Origin: Octopus vulgaris
Taxonomy: Eukaryota
Length of the DNA stretch: 64,000 nucleotides
Direction: 5' to 3'
NCBI GenBank assembly: GCA_951406725.2
Contig: OX597826.1
Coordinates: 17,298,001 to 17,362,000 of the forward strand
Part shown: positions 26,602-39,907 of the stretch, piece by piece
Position numbering within the stretch: the stretch's first letter is position 1
Layout: every line of letters starts with the position of its first letter
Notes under the pieces: generated by a model
What the model was told of the DNA's origin: nothing
The model's database searches: none
The model's input: the letters and a program-made list of their open reading frames with translations, nothing else
Program-made: the position numbers and the translations under genes

Positions 26602-27313
26602 TCTATACTAATATAAGCGAAATTCTGTTTGTCCGTCTGGTACCCCTGTATTTCAGTCTACATTTGCTCTACATAGACATAATATTCCTTTCTGGAATCA
26701 GGATGATCCCGGGATTGAACATCTGTCCTTCATTTGGTTCTTGATCATCCAGCATTGGGATCTGACTTAAAAGATTTGGTTTGCTATTTCTAGCAGGTAA
26801 AGCGACTGTGAGAGGTTTCAATGCCATAGTACAACAGTGACTTCCCTTAACTTTAAGTTTAATTAAGGAATTTAGTGGTTCTTTTACATTTTTCAGTTAT
26901 CAGGCTGCGGCCACACTGAAACACCGCCTTGAAGAATTCTAATCGAACAAATCGACACCAGTTCTTCCTTTTTATGCCTTGTATTAGTCGTTTTTACCGA
27001 ACCGCTAAGTTACGTGAATGTATACACAACAACATCAGCTATCAAGCAATGGTGGAGGTCAAACACAGACACCAAGCCACAATACATATATACATAAGCA
27101 TGTATGTGTATTTGTTCTATTCAAATTTTAGAACTCCAAAAATTTGCGAACTTGCAAGTTTTTCATTTACACTGAATATAAAGTAATACAATATTGGTAG
27201 GGTACCTTTATGTGTTTTATTAGTACCGGTCTCTTAGTTTTGGGACGCAGGTCCAATTAGCCCTCCGCAGGAGTTAACCTACAAGTCCGCAACGAATGCG
27301 GCCTTTAAGCTAG
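26602..27313 (+). mobile_element. Non-autonomous Helitron with nested SINE-A fragment (about 26880-27110, -)
   Basis: 5' A|TCTATACTAATATAAG; 3' hairpin CCGCA-ACGAA-TGCGG followed 8 nt later by CTAG|T. Canonical Helitron termini. Confidence 0.7.
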
Positions 27314-27562
27314 TAACAAATAAGATAAATAGATATATTTGAACGATATATTGAAAGAGTTAGAGAAATTAGCATATCTTTCAGTCTTGCACCCAACAAA
27401 TATGAATTGAATCACAGAGAATTTGAAATAGAGAAAGAAGAGCAGAAACAATATCGGTGATCGATACTGAATACTTACACACCCAACAATAATCATATAC
27501 ATATACATACGTATATATATATATATAATCAAAAATAAGCAACACGAATAACTTCGGTAATT

Positions 27563-27646
27563 TGGTACGATCGTTTCACGCTACATCATTTTGTTAAATA
27601 TTGTAAGTATTACAACAGTTTTAAAATGTTGAGCAATCATCAGCCA
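27563..27646 (-). ncRNA. Type I hammerhead ribozyme motif, complete core
   Basis: Minus strand: TGG-CTGATGA-T-[TGCTCAACATTTT..TGTTGTAA-TAC-TTACAATA..AAAATGATGTAGCG]-T-GAAAC-GATC-GTA-CCA. Stem I is only 3 bp and stem II is closed by a T.T mismatch. Confidence 0.7.
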
Positions 27647-27949
27647 TTAATAGAGGTTTTCCATTAATACATAATTTTCATATCAATTGATAACATTATA
27701 GAGAAGGTACGTATATAAACAAAGATGTAGATTTAAATTTTAAGAACATTAAGGTAGTAGAATTTATCAACTGACTGAAGAATATTCAGAATTGATATGA
27801 AAATTATGTATTGATGGAAAACGATCGTAGTTATTCTTGTTGCTTATTTTGACTATAATCACCCCAAGAATTTATATGGATAACACCATACAAAATTCTG
27901 GTGCGTCTTACTTAAGTACCATATTCATTTGAATCTAAATTTTCCTGAA

Positions 27950-28012
<63 letters not shown>

Positions 28013-28157
28013 TACACTAACTATGCCTGAAAATTACGTTATACATACGCTGTGGAATACTCAGCCACTTAATACATTGTAATTCAATGTGCAGGTAATT
28101 ATTTCAGTTGATCGAACAACTCAATCCCTATCGTAGTAAGCGATAGAAAAACCACCC

Positions 28158-28358
<201 letters not shown>

Positions 28359-28419
28359 TGTATATATATATATGCATATATATGTGTGTATATAAATGCA
28401 CACGTGTGTGTGTGTGCAG

Positions 28420-28582
28420 TCTAGTTGATTTCATTGACCTGGCTACTTAACTGGTACTATTTTATCGACCCCGAAACGATGAAAGTTAAAGTTGGTCTCT
28501 GCAGAATCTGAACGTAAAAATAGACGAAGTCTCGCTACGCATTTCCTCGGTGCGCTAAAGGTTCTACCAGTTCGTGCTCTTA
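28420..28582 (-). mobile_element. SINE family B, degenerate
   Basis: AACTGGTACTATTTTATCGACCCCGAAACGATGAAAG on the plus strand is the reverse complement of the Meta-like domain. Confidence 0.8.
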
Positions 28583-28839
28583 ACTGAAGGAAATAGTAAA
28601 ACCTGTGCATACGCGCATGCGTCCCCTGTTTGTCTGTTTGTATGTATGTGTGTATGTGTGGGGAGGTGTTATGTATTGAAGTTCTTTTGCGTATTCGACT
28701 GTTTCCATACTCCTGATTCTGATCAAAGGAACAATTCTTGTAGTGCATGTTTCCTTCACGTGAAACTCTCGAATCAATAAAGAGATGAAATTTCTAAATA
28801 TATTATGTGTGTTTGTGTCTATGAAAGTGCGATGTGTGC

Positions 28840-28874
<35 letters not shown>

Positions 28875-29582
28875 TACGTGTGTGTGCGTGTGTACGTGCG
28901 TACACGTGCGTATGTGGCGGCGTCTTGCCAACAATTATAGAAATGATAGAAATGTGGAAAGTTAAGGAGAATAAATCGTAGTTCAGCGGATGACTATGAT
29001 GGTAGTGTATCTGAAATAATCTGTAATTCAAGGGAATATATGAAATTAGAAAGATAATCTACGCGAATGAACGTGCGTTGGTAAATTTAATAACAATGAA
29101 TTTAATGTTTGTGCATTATGCAGCGATAAAATTGATGTCACATCTAGATAATGAGATTTATCTCAAAATATTGATTCAAGAAAATCACAACCGAATTGCG
29201 CTTCGCCAACAAGAAAATTCCGAAAAGCCAATCGTGTTTTATCTTTCTTTTTGCATAACGAACTGATAATTTCAAAAATTGCATTTCCTACTGAGAAAGT
29301 TTATTCGAAATGGATGTAAAAAAATACTATTATCTAATTTGTCTTTTGAATTAGAAAATCGTCACAAAGGAGCCGATTGATTCTCACGGGTTTGGTCGAT
29401 GAATGTGTAGAAGATTTGTTGTATCCGATAAAAAAAAGCTAAACGTTGGGAATACGGTTAACGATTATAAGCAGACAAATTGCTTCATGCAAGTCAAGAT
29501 TCGTGTCAAAGCCCAGAACCCAAATTATGTAAATTATGTTATCTTAATTAGATACTTGTACTATTATATATCTCATGATATC

Positions 29583-29772
29583 TAAGGTGGCAAGCTGGAA
29601 GAATCAGTACACAGTCGTCTCTTTACTTTCTGTGTTCATTTACCGCCGGAGTTAATCTTACCGTCCATCCCTGTAAGATCGATAAAATAAAATAATAGCC
29701 AAGTACTCGGGTCGATGGTATCGCCTGTTCAGCCCCTTTCAATACTGCTGTTTTTTCTGCTAAATTAAAAAT
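29583..29772 (+). mobile_element. SINE family B, degenerate
   Basis: TAAGGTGGCAAGCTGGAAGAATC...TCCATCCCTGTAAGATCGATAAAATAA. Confidence 0.75.
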
Positions 29773-32451
29773 AGCTGTATCAGATATAATCATGACGATA
29801 AATATTTATTACTCTTATTACTATTATCAGCCATTTGCAAGCAATGAATATTTTATTTATTTCATTCTAGTTGAGTAAGGGACATTTGATTGACTTTGCT
29901 TATCAATATTGTATTAAAGCTATTTGTTTCGAGGGTGGGAAATGAGAAATTTGACGTTCAGGCCTTCTCTAAGAACATTAAAAGACTGAAATGATAGAAC
30001 TACAACCACCAATCGAACACTCTTTATAAAATATAATTGTCATTTACAGCGAGTTCAGAGAATTAATGTTCTGCGGGGATTGATTTAGAGTGTAGTAATG
30101 AACCTCTACAGATGACATAGGAACTACTTTTCAATGGAATAGCAAAGATTATCTCTTTGAGTTCTCTACTGATTCGTAACTTCATTATGAAGTAATCTGA
30201 CAGTTTTACAGGCCGTGTCATACTGGAAGTCTTTATTTTCTGTGACATGTTACCTTTTCCTACTAGACAGCTTGATTTGCCAGCATTACAGAAAATTGAA
30301 TTAATACTCCGGTTAATGTTTACAATTTGGTTCAGGCAGTTCACAGTTTACATCCACAGTTTTTACTTCATATTTTAGAAACGAGTTTGTAAGAACAATA
30401 TTTATCCTAACTGCCTGACTGCAATTGTAGAAAGACTGTTAATAGATCTTCTAAAAAAGCACAAAGAAATCCATTGACAGGGGTTTCGGTTATACAAATA
30501 ATTATAGCGACTGTTATGAGTATCAAAACTTTTCTCATTGAAATTTTATCATCGAGTCTCAAGAAAAGTTTATCGTCATCGGAATTGTCAACAGTTCGTG
30601 TCCTACGAGCTGTACAGTATTTCGAAAAGAGATATGACACTCAATAGTTAAGTTTACATAACTATGAATAAGTCTCATAAGCTAGAACATATTGTTGCTT
30701 TAAGCATCAATTGCTAAAATCTGAAATTATTTTTTTTTCCAATGGAAAATTGAAATATGGTTTCTTAATTATCTAGAGCTTATATCATGATTTTAAATGT
30801 TATATTATCATTATATCATCATTTTAAATTTTCTAGTAGACTGAATAAAATTGGTTAAAAGTGAGACCTGTTAATAAAAAGAATGGATTAAATTCATTGT
30901 GCGGTATTTTTAGAAAACTTGTATTTCTACATAAAAGAAATTCTAAAGATGATTAGTATTCTAAAGCTGGCGTAATCAATACCATATCCTAATCAATTAA
31001 ATCTCCAGTGCATATACATGAATACGAGCCAATGAGTGAGCCTCTTCGTGATCGCTCAACCCGCTAGAAAAAGTCATTATTTTCTGTTTCAGGTAATGTG
31101 GTCATGACCAATCTTAAGGGAAAAGATGGGATGACCACAACTGGAATGCTCGCTCAGAGATGACAGGACAGTTGAACAACAACACCAACTCACAGAATAT
31201 CCAAGTTGAAAAAACTATTGCATTGAAATGATACATCTGTTTCACTGCTTAAATCAAAACTATATTGTATCAAAGCTGAATTGTCTCGTATTTTACGGAT
31301 CGATGATGCTACAGATAAAATCTTTAAGTGATATTATGATAAAAGGAATTATAAACCAAAACCCAATAGCTTATTTTGGAGTCTCTTATGAGTTTTATCA
31401 ATAACAAAGCCACACAATTATAAGGAAAAGTAACTTTAGTTATATACTGTATTTAGTTTTACTTAAAATTAATAAAACAGTCAAACAACCAAACAACCAA
31501 TGATAAATAGCAGCAAGCTAGGGAGAGAGAGTGTGGGGAGGAATAAATGAAACGAAAGATGTGATACAAGGAATAAAGATGCACAAAACCATATAATGAA
31601 TTTTTTATAAGCATAATATTCTTTTGTTAGCACAAAGCTTTTTTCCGGTTCATTTGGTCTCAGTATTTTTCAATCAACCTCGTCCGACATTTCATCAAAT
31701 TATTGTATTTTAACAGAGGTCTTTCATGCGTCGGTGAACTGGTCAATGTTTTGTATTTTGGGTCCTTTTTAGCTGCTATGTACTTTTTGTTTGTATGTTG
31801 TTGTACACACACTAACATACATAAAAATATAAGAATACGTTTATGTAAGTGAATGTGTACTTGTTTAGCGGGGTGTACGCATGTGAATGTGCTTGTGAAT
31901 AATTTCGATTGATTATGTGTATATTCGATAAATACTTGCCAGACGGAATTTCAATGACTAGAGAAAGAGAGGACCACATACAAGTATAAAAAGACACAAT
32001 GGCCAAATGGAACCGTTTCTTATTATTCACATACCTATAATTTGGGGTGTGTCATAAATGTCAACTTTTATTCTTACATTTGTAAAGTTCAGTCTTCATA
32101 TTAACGTCCAAACGAAACAGATGCCGACTCTTCACGATTTCACAAGAATGGATTTGCAGGATAGGCACCAAAACCTATTACTTACAAACCAGATGTTGCC
32201 ACTGTGTGCTCATGCGGCTTGTTAGAAATAGCAAAGTTTTTTTGCCTTAAAAGAGTAAAGAGGCATGTGAATTCTAGACCTAACAACGATTGACATGATT
32301 ACGTTTGATCAAAGTTCTTCTGAAGTAAAGCTGACCTGGCACTAAACAGCATTTGTTCTTTATTATACCAGCCCTCAATACCAAAAGGTACACGATCTGC
32401 TTCTCTGTTTTCTCAGACTTCGAAACTGTCACCCAATACTGATACTATTTG

Positions 32452-32754
32452 TTTGTTCCTTCTCGAGCCATGCCTGGCTCATCAGAGCCGGTTTCCCGGT
32501 TTCATTGGCGTATAGGTTCCCCACATGGACGGGACGCCGGTCCGTCGCAGGTGAGCTGCCAGATGCAGGAGGAAAGAGTGAGAGAAAGTTGTGGCAAAAG
32601 AGTCAGCAAAAGTTTGCCATTACCTTCTGCCGGAGCCGCGTGGTGCTTAGGTGTTTTAGCTTATAAACACACACATCGCCCGATCTGAGATTCGAACTCG
32701 CGATCCCTCGACCGCGAGTCCACTGCTCTAACCACTAGGCCATGTGTCTCCACA
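32452..32754 (-). mobile_element. tRNA-derived SINE (family C-related), full length
   Basis: A box TGGCCTAGTGG, B box GTTCGAATCTC; perfect 14-bp TSD ACTGATACTATTTG at 32438-32451 and 32755-32768. Confidence 0.95.
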
Positions 32755-33299
32755 ACTGATACTATTTGATGCATTGTGTTTCACATATGCCCTAGGGAAG
32801 CTAGCAAAAATCTGCATAGGCTTATTGTGAATATCAGTTTAGTGCTTGTGCACCAGAGAATGTCTTGAAATTTCGATATCTGTATTAATCACTTGTCTCT
32901 CTGTATCTCTGTCTCTCTCTCATTCCCTTATTACCAGTTTCTCTCTTTTGTGTGCTTTTAACCTCTCTCTCTCCCTCTCTCTTCTTTATCTATCTCTCTA
33001 TCTCTTTCTTTCTCTCTTCTCTATCATTTCAACTAATTTTAATAGGTAGGTAGGTAGGCAGGTAGGCAGGTAGGTAGGTAGGTAGAGAGATACATACATA
33101 CATACATAATGTATATATATATATATTTATATGTATGTATGTATATTTGTGTGTGATTATGTGTGCGTGTGTGTGTATAGGAGACAGAAAGAAAGAAATA
33201 GGTGATTGAGACAGATATATATATATACCTTTTATCTTTCATTTGCTTCAGTCATTAGATTGTGGCCATGCTGGAGCACCAGCTTGTAAACTATGCTAA

Positions 33300-34400
33300 T
33301 TTTTAAAAGAAAAAGGTTGACAGTAACTTCGATTTTTTTGGCTTAGTCACTTTAATTAGACTACGCTTTGCTTGATTTTTGCGATGAGGGGTCTTTATAT
33401 AGTCTTTTTGCGGGGGGGGGTCTTTATATAGTCTTTTTGCGGGGAGGGGGTCATTATATAATCTTTGGCAACTCTGTATTTTGGGTAAGGTGGATGATAC
33501 TTAGAAGTGCTGTAGGTAGAATAGGAAAGTGTTTCTATAAGAAATGGGAATAGAGGGGGATGGGATGAAAGTATCAGTTTGAAGGTCGAGGGTTAATAAA
33601 AAGTTACAGGGAAGAGATTCAATTCGGTTTGGTGAGGAAATGCTGTCATCGTTTAGAGTTCAGTCAAGCGTGCAAGGAACGGTTAAAACAACTGTTTCAA
33701 ATTCTGGTCACAACATTCTTTTATAGAAAGTTGGTTTCGTTATGTTTTTGAGTAACAAAAGAATGTTTATAAATAAATCAGTTGGGTACGCAGCATAGGT
33801 GAGACTGGAGTTGAATTGTTGCTGGTGTTATCAGATTTACCTAAAGAAATTTAAAACTGGGTATCTTGGAAGTTTGGGTTGAAGAGATTATGTTAATATA
33901 TTTCATAGGGTTTTCTTGTGTTTGCAGCATCTATTTATATTGCACTATTATTGACAAATGTACATTGTAAACAAATGCATAGAAGTAATTTTCATAACTA
34001 TATGCATCTATACAACGTTAAATATATTAAGATTGTTATGACCTCAATTGGACATCTTTTTACACCTTTCCTTGCAAGACTCACTAAACTCGAAACAATA
34101 AAAATATTTCTACATTGAGCCAAAATAATCTCCACGTTGTAACTTTCTATCAAACCACACCTTTTGAACGCATACTTTCATCCTGTCATCCTTCCTATAC
34201 TATCACTTGCTACACACCACATTTAATTATCACTCACCTAGCCAAACATTTATAATGCCCCACCAAAATATCCTACTAAAGAACAGTCTGATGGAGGTAA
34301 AATAGCCAAAACTTTGAAGTCACTCCCAAACTTTTCCTTGAAGAAATTCACATGTATTCTATTTCAAAGCTTTGATTACTCATTCAGATCATATCAAATT
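33300..34400. mobile_element. Old inverted Penelope-like relic with a decayed hammerhead at each end
   Basis: 33600-33690 (-) resembles 34055-34150 (+). AGT-CTGATGG-AGGT..GCC-AAAAC-TTTGAA-GTC-ACT at 34285-34324 (+) has a more decayed inverted counterpart at 33322-33362. Confidence 0.45.
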
Positions 34401-34518
34401 ATTTTATGCATGTCTTGAGATAAAAAGAAACATTATACATACATGTAGAGGGAGGGAGGAGAAAGAGTGAGAGAAATAGAGAGAGAGAGAAAGAGAGAGG
34501 AGGAGAGATACATACATA

Positions 34519-34760
34519 CTGTAAAACTTTCCAGACGTTTATCGTTTAAATGTATACAAGCATGTCTAGATATGCAACTATATGCATGAGAATACATACA
34601 TAAAGCAAAACATACAAATCGGCACATATACATACAAACAAAAATACCCTGTTGTTGATGTTGAAATTCCAACGAAGGAGCCTTGAATCTAGGTAAGAAA
34701 CCGGCTCTTTCTCTATTGGCAAGAAACCTGGAAATAAAACTGAACAATGACATACATACA
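34519..34760 (+). mobile_element. 3' end (ORF stop plus putative 3' UTR) of the RLE LINE family
   Basis: First 38 nt match the ORF end at 36206-36243 (30/38 identical); flanked by (CATA)n on both sides. Confidence 0.65.
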
Positions 34761-36243
34761 TTGGAGTTTGGTCAGGATAAATGTTGCTTTATGGTTGTGA
34801 AAAGAGGAAAAGCAGTAAACCAGACCAGCAGCATCTCCATTAATGACTTAACCGTTTCCCTTATATCTGATGGGGATTGTTACAGGTGTCGAGGGGTGGA
34901 TGGAAATATATCTTACAATGGCACCTGTAACAAAACACGTGCCATTAAAGAATATTACAGCCAAATAAAGAAAATTTTGAGCCTCGGAACTCTCTGCATT
35001 CAATAAAACAGTGGCTCCAATTATGTTGGCAGTGTTAGTACTCATATCAATATTTGTGCTACTTGATTGAACGCTTGATGAGATCCGAGCAATTGATATG
35101 AAAACCCGGAAAATACTAACAAGCACACAATTTTCACATCAACAGTGATGCAGATCGCCTCTACCTAAAACGAAAACAAGGTGGCAGAGGCTTAACATCG
35201 ATCCAAACTGTCTTTGAATATCGTATCACATCCCTTCGGCAACATTTTTTAATCTCATAGTTTCGCAGTACATCCTTTGACTAATTTTGAATAAATGAGG
35301 ATGATAACATCATAAGACTTGGAAGGCAGCTCCTTGAGCAGCATTCCTTCTTTGATAACCTTAAATACATGCCCAGAGAAGTCTCACGACACTACCATAA
35401 TATATACAGATGAAAGGATGAGCCTATATGAGCAGACGACCATGCATGGATATGTTAATAGAGAGCTTTGAGATGATCGTAACGTTGGTCATCGAAGTAG
35501 TCTATCAGAGATCAACAACCGGATTATTACCTCTCACTTTGAACGGTATGCGTTTTCAATCCAAGACAAGGAAATATCAACCAAATACCTGATGCACAAA
35601 AGGGACAGAGATACAGAAAAAGCAGCAAAATGTGACAACCTATGCAGACCTTGTGGAGTTAACACCGAATATATTACCCTCATTAAAAGCAGTTGTTCAA
35701 AAATGTCACTACGGTATTATCTACCGATGAGACATGAAGCTGAAGCTAGGATACTGTATAACGAGATCAGCTGAAAGGATATTGCCGTGAATGAAGAAAT
35801 AAGAACTCATAGTACCATGGAAGCCATAGCCACTCATAATAAAAAGGAGTACTGGTGGAACGACCCAATGAAAACTTCAATAGAATGTAAATACAGCAGG
35901 CCTGATATAATGATTTGGAATAGAGAAGAGAAACTGTGTGCAGTTGTGGAAATTAGCTGCCCAGCGGATGTTAACACAAAGCTGAAGATCAGTGAAAAAG
36001 AGAATGTCTACGCTGAACTATTGAGAAATCTGAAGTTACGCTATCCAGATTGCAAGTTCAGGTTTATATCTGTAATTATTAGGCCCTTGGGATATGTAAC
36101 ACACTGCCTAAATACCAATCTTGAGAAATTAGGCTTCTCAAAACCAGAAAAGAGAAAGCTAATTCGAAGACTACAGATCCAAACCATCACTGAAACAGTA
36201 AAAATCTGTCTAACCTCCCAGAAGTTTATCAGTTAAATATATA
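34761..36243 (+). mobile_element. 5'-truncated R4/Dong-like non-LTR retrotransposon (late RT, CCHC, restriction-like endonuclease), pseudogenised
   Basis: LEFGQDKC, DRLYLKRKQGGRGL, decayed zinc knuckle CRPCGVNTEYITLIKSSC, YYLPMRH, RPDIMIWNREEKLCAVVEISCP, EKENVY; several stops and frameshifts. Confidence 0.92.
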
Positions 36244-36287
36244 TTTATATTATTCTATTTAGTGTACTAACTAATAAATGTTGCAAC

Positions 36288-36402
<115 letters not shown>

Positions 36403-37429
36403 CATATTAGTTAATAAATCATATAGTATACACCTGGTAGTTTGCCGGTAAAACACGTTCACTGCCTTAGTGTTAGTTGGGTATTTGATGAGAGAGACGG
36501 AAGCTGGAAGATACGAGAATCTTTATTGATCACTACAGTTGTTTTGACCCATCTAGCATAGATCCCGCGCGAGTGGGCTACAGAACATCTGGTTTAGGTG
36601 TGTCCCTCGGTGTAGATGTGTCTCCTCGGATGATTTCAAGAGGTATCTCGTTAAAATAAACTGTTTCGCATTATTTTTCCTTGGTTTTAGTGTATAGAAA
36701 TCACAAATTAAGGTAGACAACTTCATTCTTATAGAAGACGCATAACAAATATCAGATCAAAACAGAAACACATACGTAATACAGCGAAAAAAATATTAGG
36801 TATAACTGTTAGAAGATATGGATGTACAAATGCCCACAAATACGTAGCCTGGCGCACGTACACTTGCTCGTAAAAACGTACACGCACATTCAAGCACATA
36901 CGCGCACTCGCGTGGTTTGGCGCAGATACACTCGCACACAGAATTAAGTAGATATTAATAAAGTCAGTACCTATTACTAGTTAGTGGCGCGACACCGCTT
37001 GGTCAGTTGTCATAGATTCTGTAGTGCGGTTCACTGGGTCTGGTTGGTATACTTATAGCAGTTGTACAGTTATGAATACGGACTTAAATACTGACATAGT
37101 AGATATATATATATTTTTAATGAGCTGCTAACAAAACAAACGATAGCCTGTAGACAGCATCAATGCCAGTATTAGGATCTCCAGTGTATGTAGGCACAGG
37201 TTTCTTGCATTTTCATCCCACGGTGAGGGATACATATTAAGAGACTCAGGTTGGTATTTTTCTCATTTTAGGCGGTATGCAAGGGCCAAGGCGTATCCTA
37301 AGTGATGTTGGCAACTAGTGTGGCATTGTGTTTTTAAGATGGCGAGGTTGCAGTTATTCATCCATGCATTTAGGTAAAGTATGCTTATTTAGTCAACGAT
37401 TACGCTAATTCATGCCCACTGTATTGTGC

Positions 37430-37600
37430 AAAATTACATTTAGTAACATGCAAGTATCTTGATAGTCTTTCAAAATCCTATTTATGAGCTTCTCATTGGA
37501 TCATAAAATGGACAGCGATTCCTCAGAGCACAGCCTACATCTCCTGGAAAGTACATTATACGGTTGTGCATGTCTTGGTATGGACCAAGTGATATTATAT
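37430..37600 (-). mobile_element. Penelope-like element, C-terminal GIY-YIG-domain remnant
   Basis: Translation YNITWSIPRHAQPYNVLSRRCRLCSEESLSIL*SNEKLINR resembles the PLE C-terminus I.WSI...A.PY....K.C.LC..EK..IL......LN.R. Confidence 0.7.
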
Positions 37601-37744
37601 TTAATCTTATCCTCCTTAACAAACAAGATGAGGACAAATATCCGTCAAATGTAAATAATGTACATAATTCCTCATCTCTTAAATATAGAACATTCTTGTA
37701 TCTTCCATCTTAATCAAAAATATATATAAAGGATTATCATTTTA

Positions 37745-37799
<55 letters not shown>

Positions 37800-37814
37800 A
37801 TTATTATTATTATA

Positions 37815-37913
<99 letters not shown>

Positions 37914-37943
37914 ATTATTATTATTATAATTATTATTATTATA

Positions 37944-37974
<31 letters not shown>

Positions 37975-37980
37975 ATTATT
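37745..37980. repeat. (TTA)n microsatellite
   Basis: Direct inspection. Confidence 0.97.
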
Positions 37981-39286
37981 TCGCTTAGGCATAGCGATAC
38001 TAATACCTGGTGTTAGAAATCAATATATGAATTCTTCAGAACAAAGCGACATTCCAGTACAGAGGGGTAGTGGCTTTTGCCGATGCATGTCTTTATAGTT
38101 CTAAGCTGTATGGACGTGTGTGTGTGTGTGCGTGCGCGCACGCGTGTGTGTATGCATATGTGTGTGTGTGTGTTGAAAATTGAAGATCATCTCCGTTCCT
38201 ATTCTGAACCACTTCCACTTCGGTTTGGTTAAAAACCAATTGGAACTTCACTTTTGAATACTTACATAAACTCCAATACTTTCCATGGAGTTTCACTCTC
38301 CGATTGCTGAATTTTGATGCATACCTTGTATACATATATCTATATATGTGTGTGTGTATGCGTATGTGTGTGTATGTATGTTTGTATGTATGTATGTATG
38401 TTTGATATGTATGTATGTAAGTTTGTAAGTACGTATTCATGTTTATGAATGAGTATGTATACATGTATGTATGAATGTATATATGTATATATACGTGTGC
38501 TTGTGTATGTATATAGGTACATACATACGTACGAAAGTAATGTTAAGTGTTTATATCGTATGAATTAATAAAAATAATTAGGTTAATTCCAAGATACATG
38601 AAGCTGCTACTTTCGGAACTGTGTATCGTCAGTATAAAGCAAAAACGAAAAGGAAAATGCTGAATATAAAACAAAAAACAATCCATTATAAAATCAATAC
38701 TATTATAAGGTCTGAGTTAACATATTGATATTTTTTCGTATCAGTTAATATCTGCCCGTGTATAATTTCTAAATACTTTTAATGAAATATTTCATGTAAC
38801 CATTAATGCTTATTATTCATGGAAGTTTTTTGTATAAAAAAAATGCATGTTTGCGTGAATGTATGCCGTGCCGCATGTGTGTGTGTTGCGCCCGCGTGTG
38901 TATGTGTGTGTATCGCAGTATTAAGCTTCCGTTGAAAACGGGCTTGGTGAGGCGGTTTGTTTTGCTTTCTCCAATAGAAAAGTTTCAGTTAAGTGGCTAT
39001 TTTTGACGCGATAACATAGCAACTAACTTCTGTCTGCTCTTAAATTTATTGCTATGTAATTTATCATATATAGAAAAACTTTATACATATAAAAGATACA
39101 AGAAAAATAACAGATGTGCGTGTGTGTGTGTGTGTGAAGTTTTTAAACTTTCGAGGAAACGTGAAACAATTCGTTGTTTGGAATAATCTACTGGAGATGA
39201 GGTTTCATGTCACATGAGTGGCCTTCAACAAAGGCCATGATTTATAGCTTAAATGGGCTTCGAGATCCATCATTGGCAAAGAGAAT

Positions 39287-39335
<49 letters not shown>

Positions 39336-39339
<4 letters not shown>

Positions 39340-39900
39340 TATATAATTATAGAAATATGAAAAATATGATTATAATTAAGGGCGCTGGAAGTCCAGCGCC
39401 AAAACGCTATAGGTAGATGTCAAATATCTACAAGCCACCTTGAATTTGTTCTCAATTATTCTTTTCTACTCTTGGCACAAAGCCCGAAATTTTTAGGGAG
39501 GGGGCTAGACAATTAGATCCACACCAGCACGGAACTGGTACTTAATCTATCGACCCCGAAGGGATGAAAGGCAAAGTCGACCTCGGCGGAATTTGACCTT
39601 AGAACACCTTGTTCTCTATTATTATAGGCTGAATGCGGGTGAATGGGCATGAAGATTTACATCTTATTCGAAATTTTGTAAATCTTCTCGAGCATCCCCC
39701 CGCATTCTGCCTATAATAATAGAGAACAAATTTTGAGTGGCTTCTAAACATGCTTCTAGCGTATTGGCGTTGGCCTTCCAGCGCCCTTAACTATATTTAC
39801 ATTTTTATAATTATATACTTAAAAATAAATTTTACCGATGTGGTGGTTTTTTATACGCTAGTCACTGATATAATCATTTTAATGATTATATCCTGAATTT
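39336..39900. mobile_element. Fold-back (palindromic) element related to the 497-bp unit, interrupted by a SINE-B fragment (about 39460-39604, -)
   Basis: Inner arms 39610-39661 / 39678-39730; outer arms TTAAGGGCGCTGGAAG..AACGCTA / TAGCGT..CTTCCAGCGCCCTTAA. TTGTTCTC.ATTATT is duplicated around the SINE. Confidence 0.75.
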
Positions 39901-39907
39901 ATAAGTA

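Noticed and set aside
32452-32754. tRNA-like sequence, and CTGATGA-GCCA..TGGC near the SINE 3' end suggesting a hammerhead
   Set aside because: The tRNA-like part is a SINE head with body and TSD, not a tRNA gene. The CTGATGA is not followed by GAAA, is absent in the related copy at 10665-10930, and overlaps an ordinary 3' stem-loop.
33378-33470. About 30-bp unit repeated roughly three times, superficially CRISPR-like
   Set aside because: No unique spacers, eukaryotic context, no cas genes; a simple minisatellite.
38598-38640. CTGACGA...GAAA on the minus strand
   Set aside because: Stem II and stem I do not pair convincingly.
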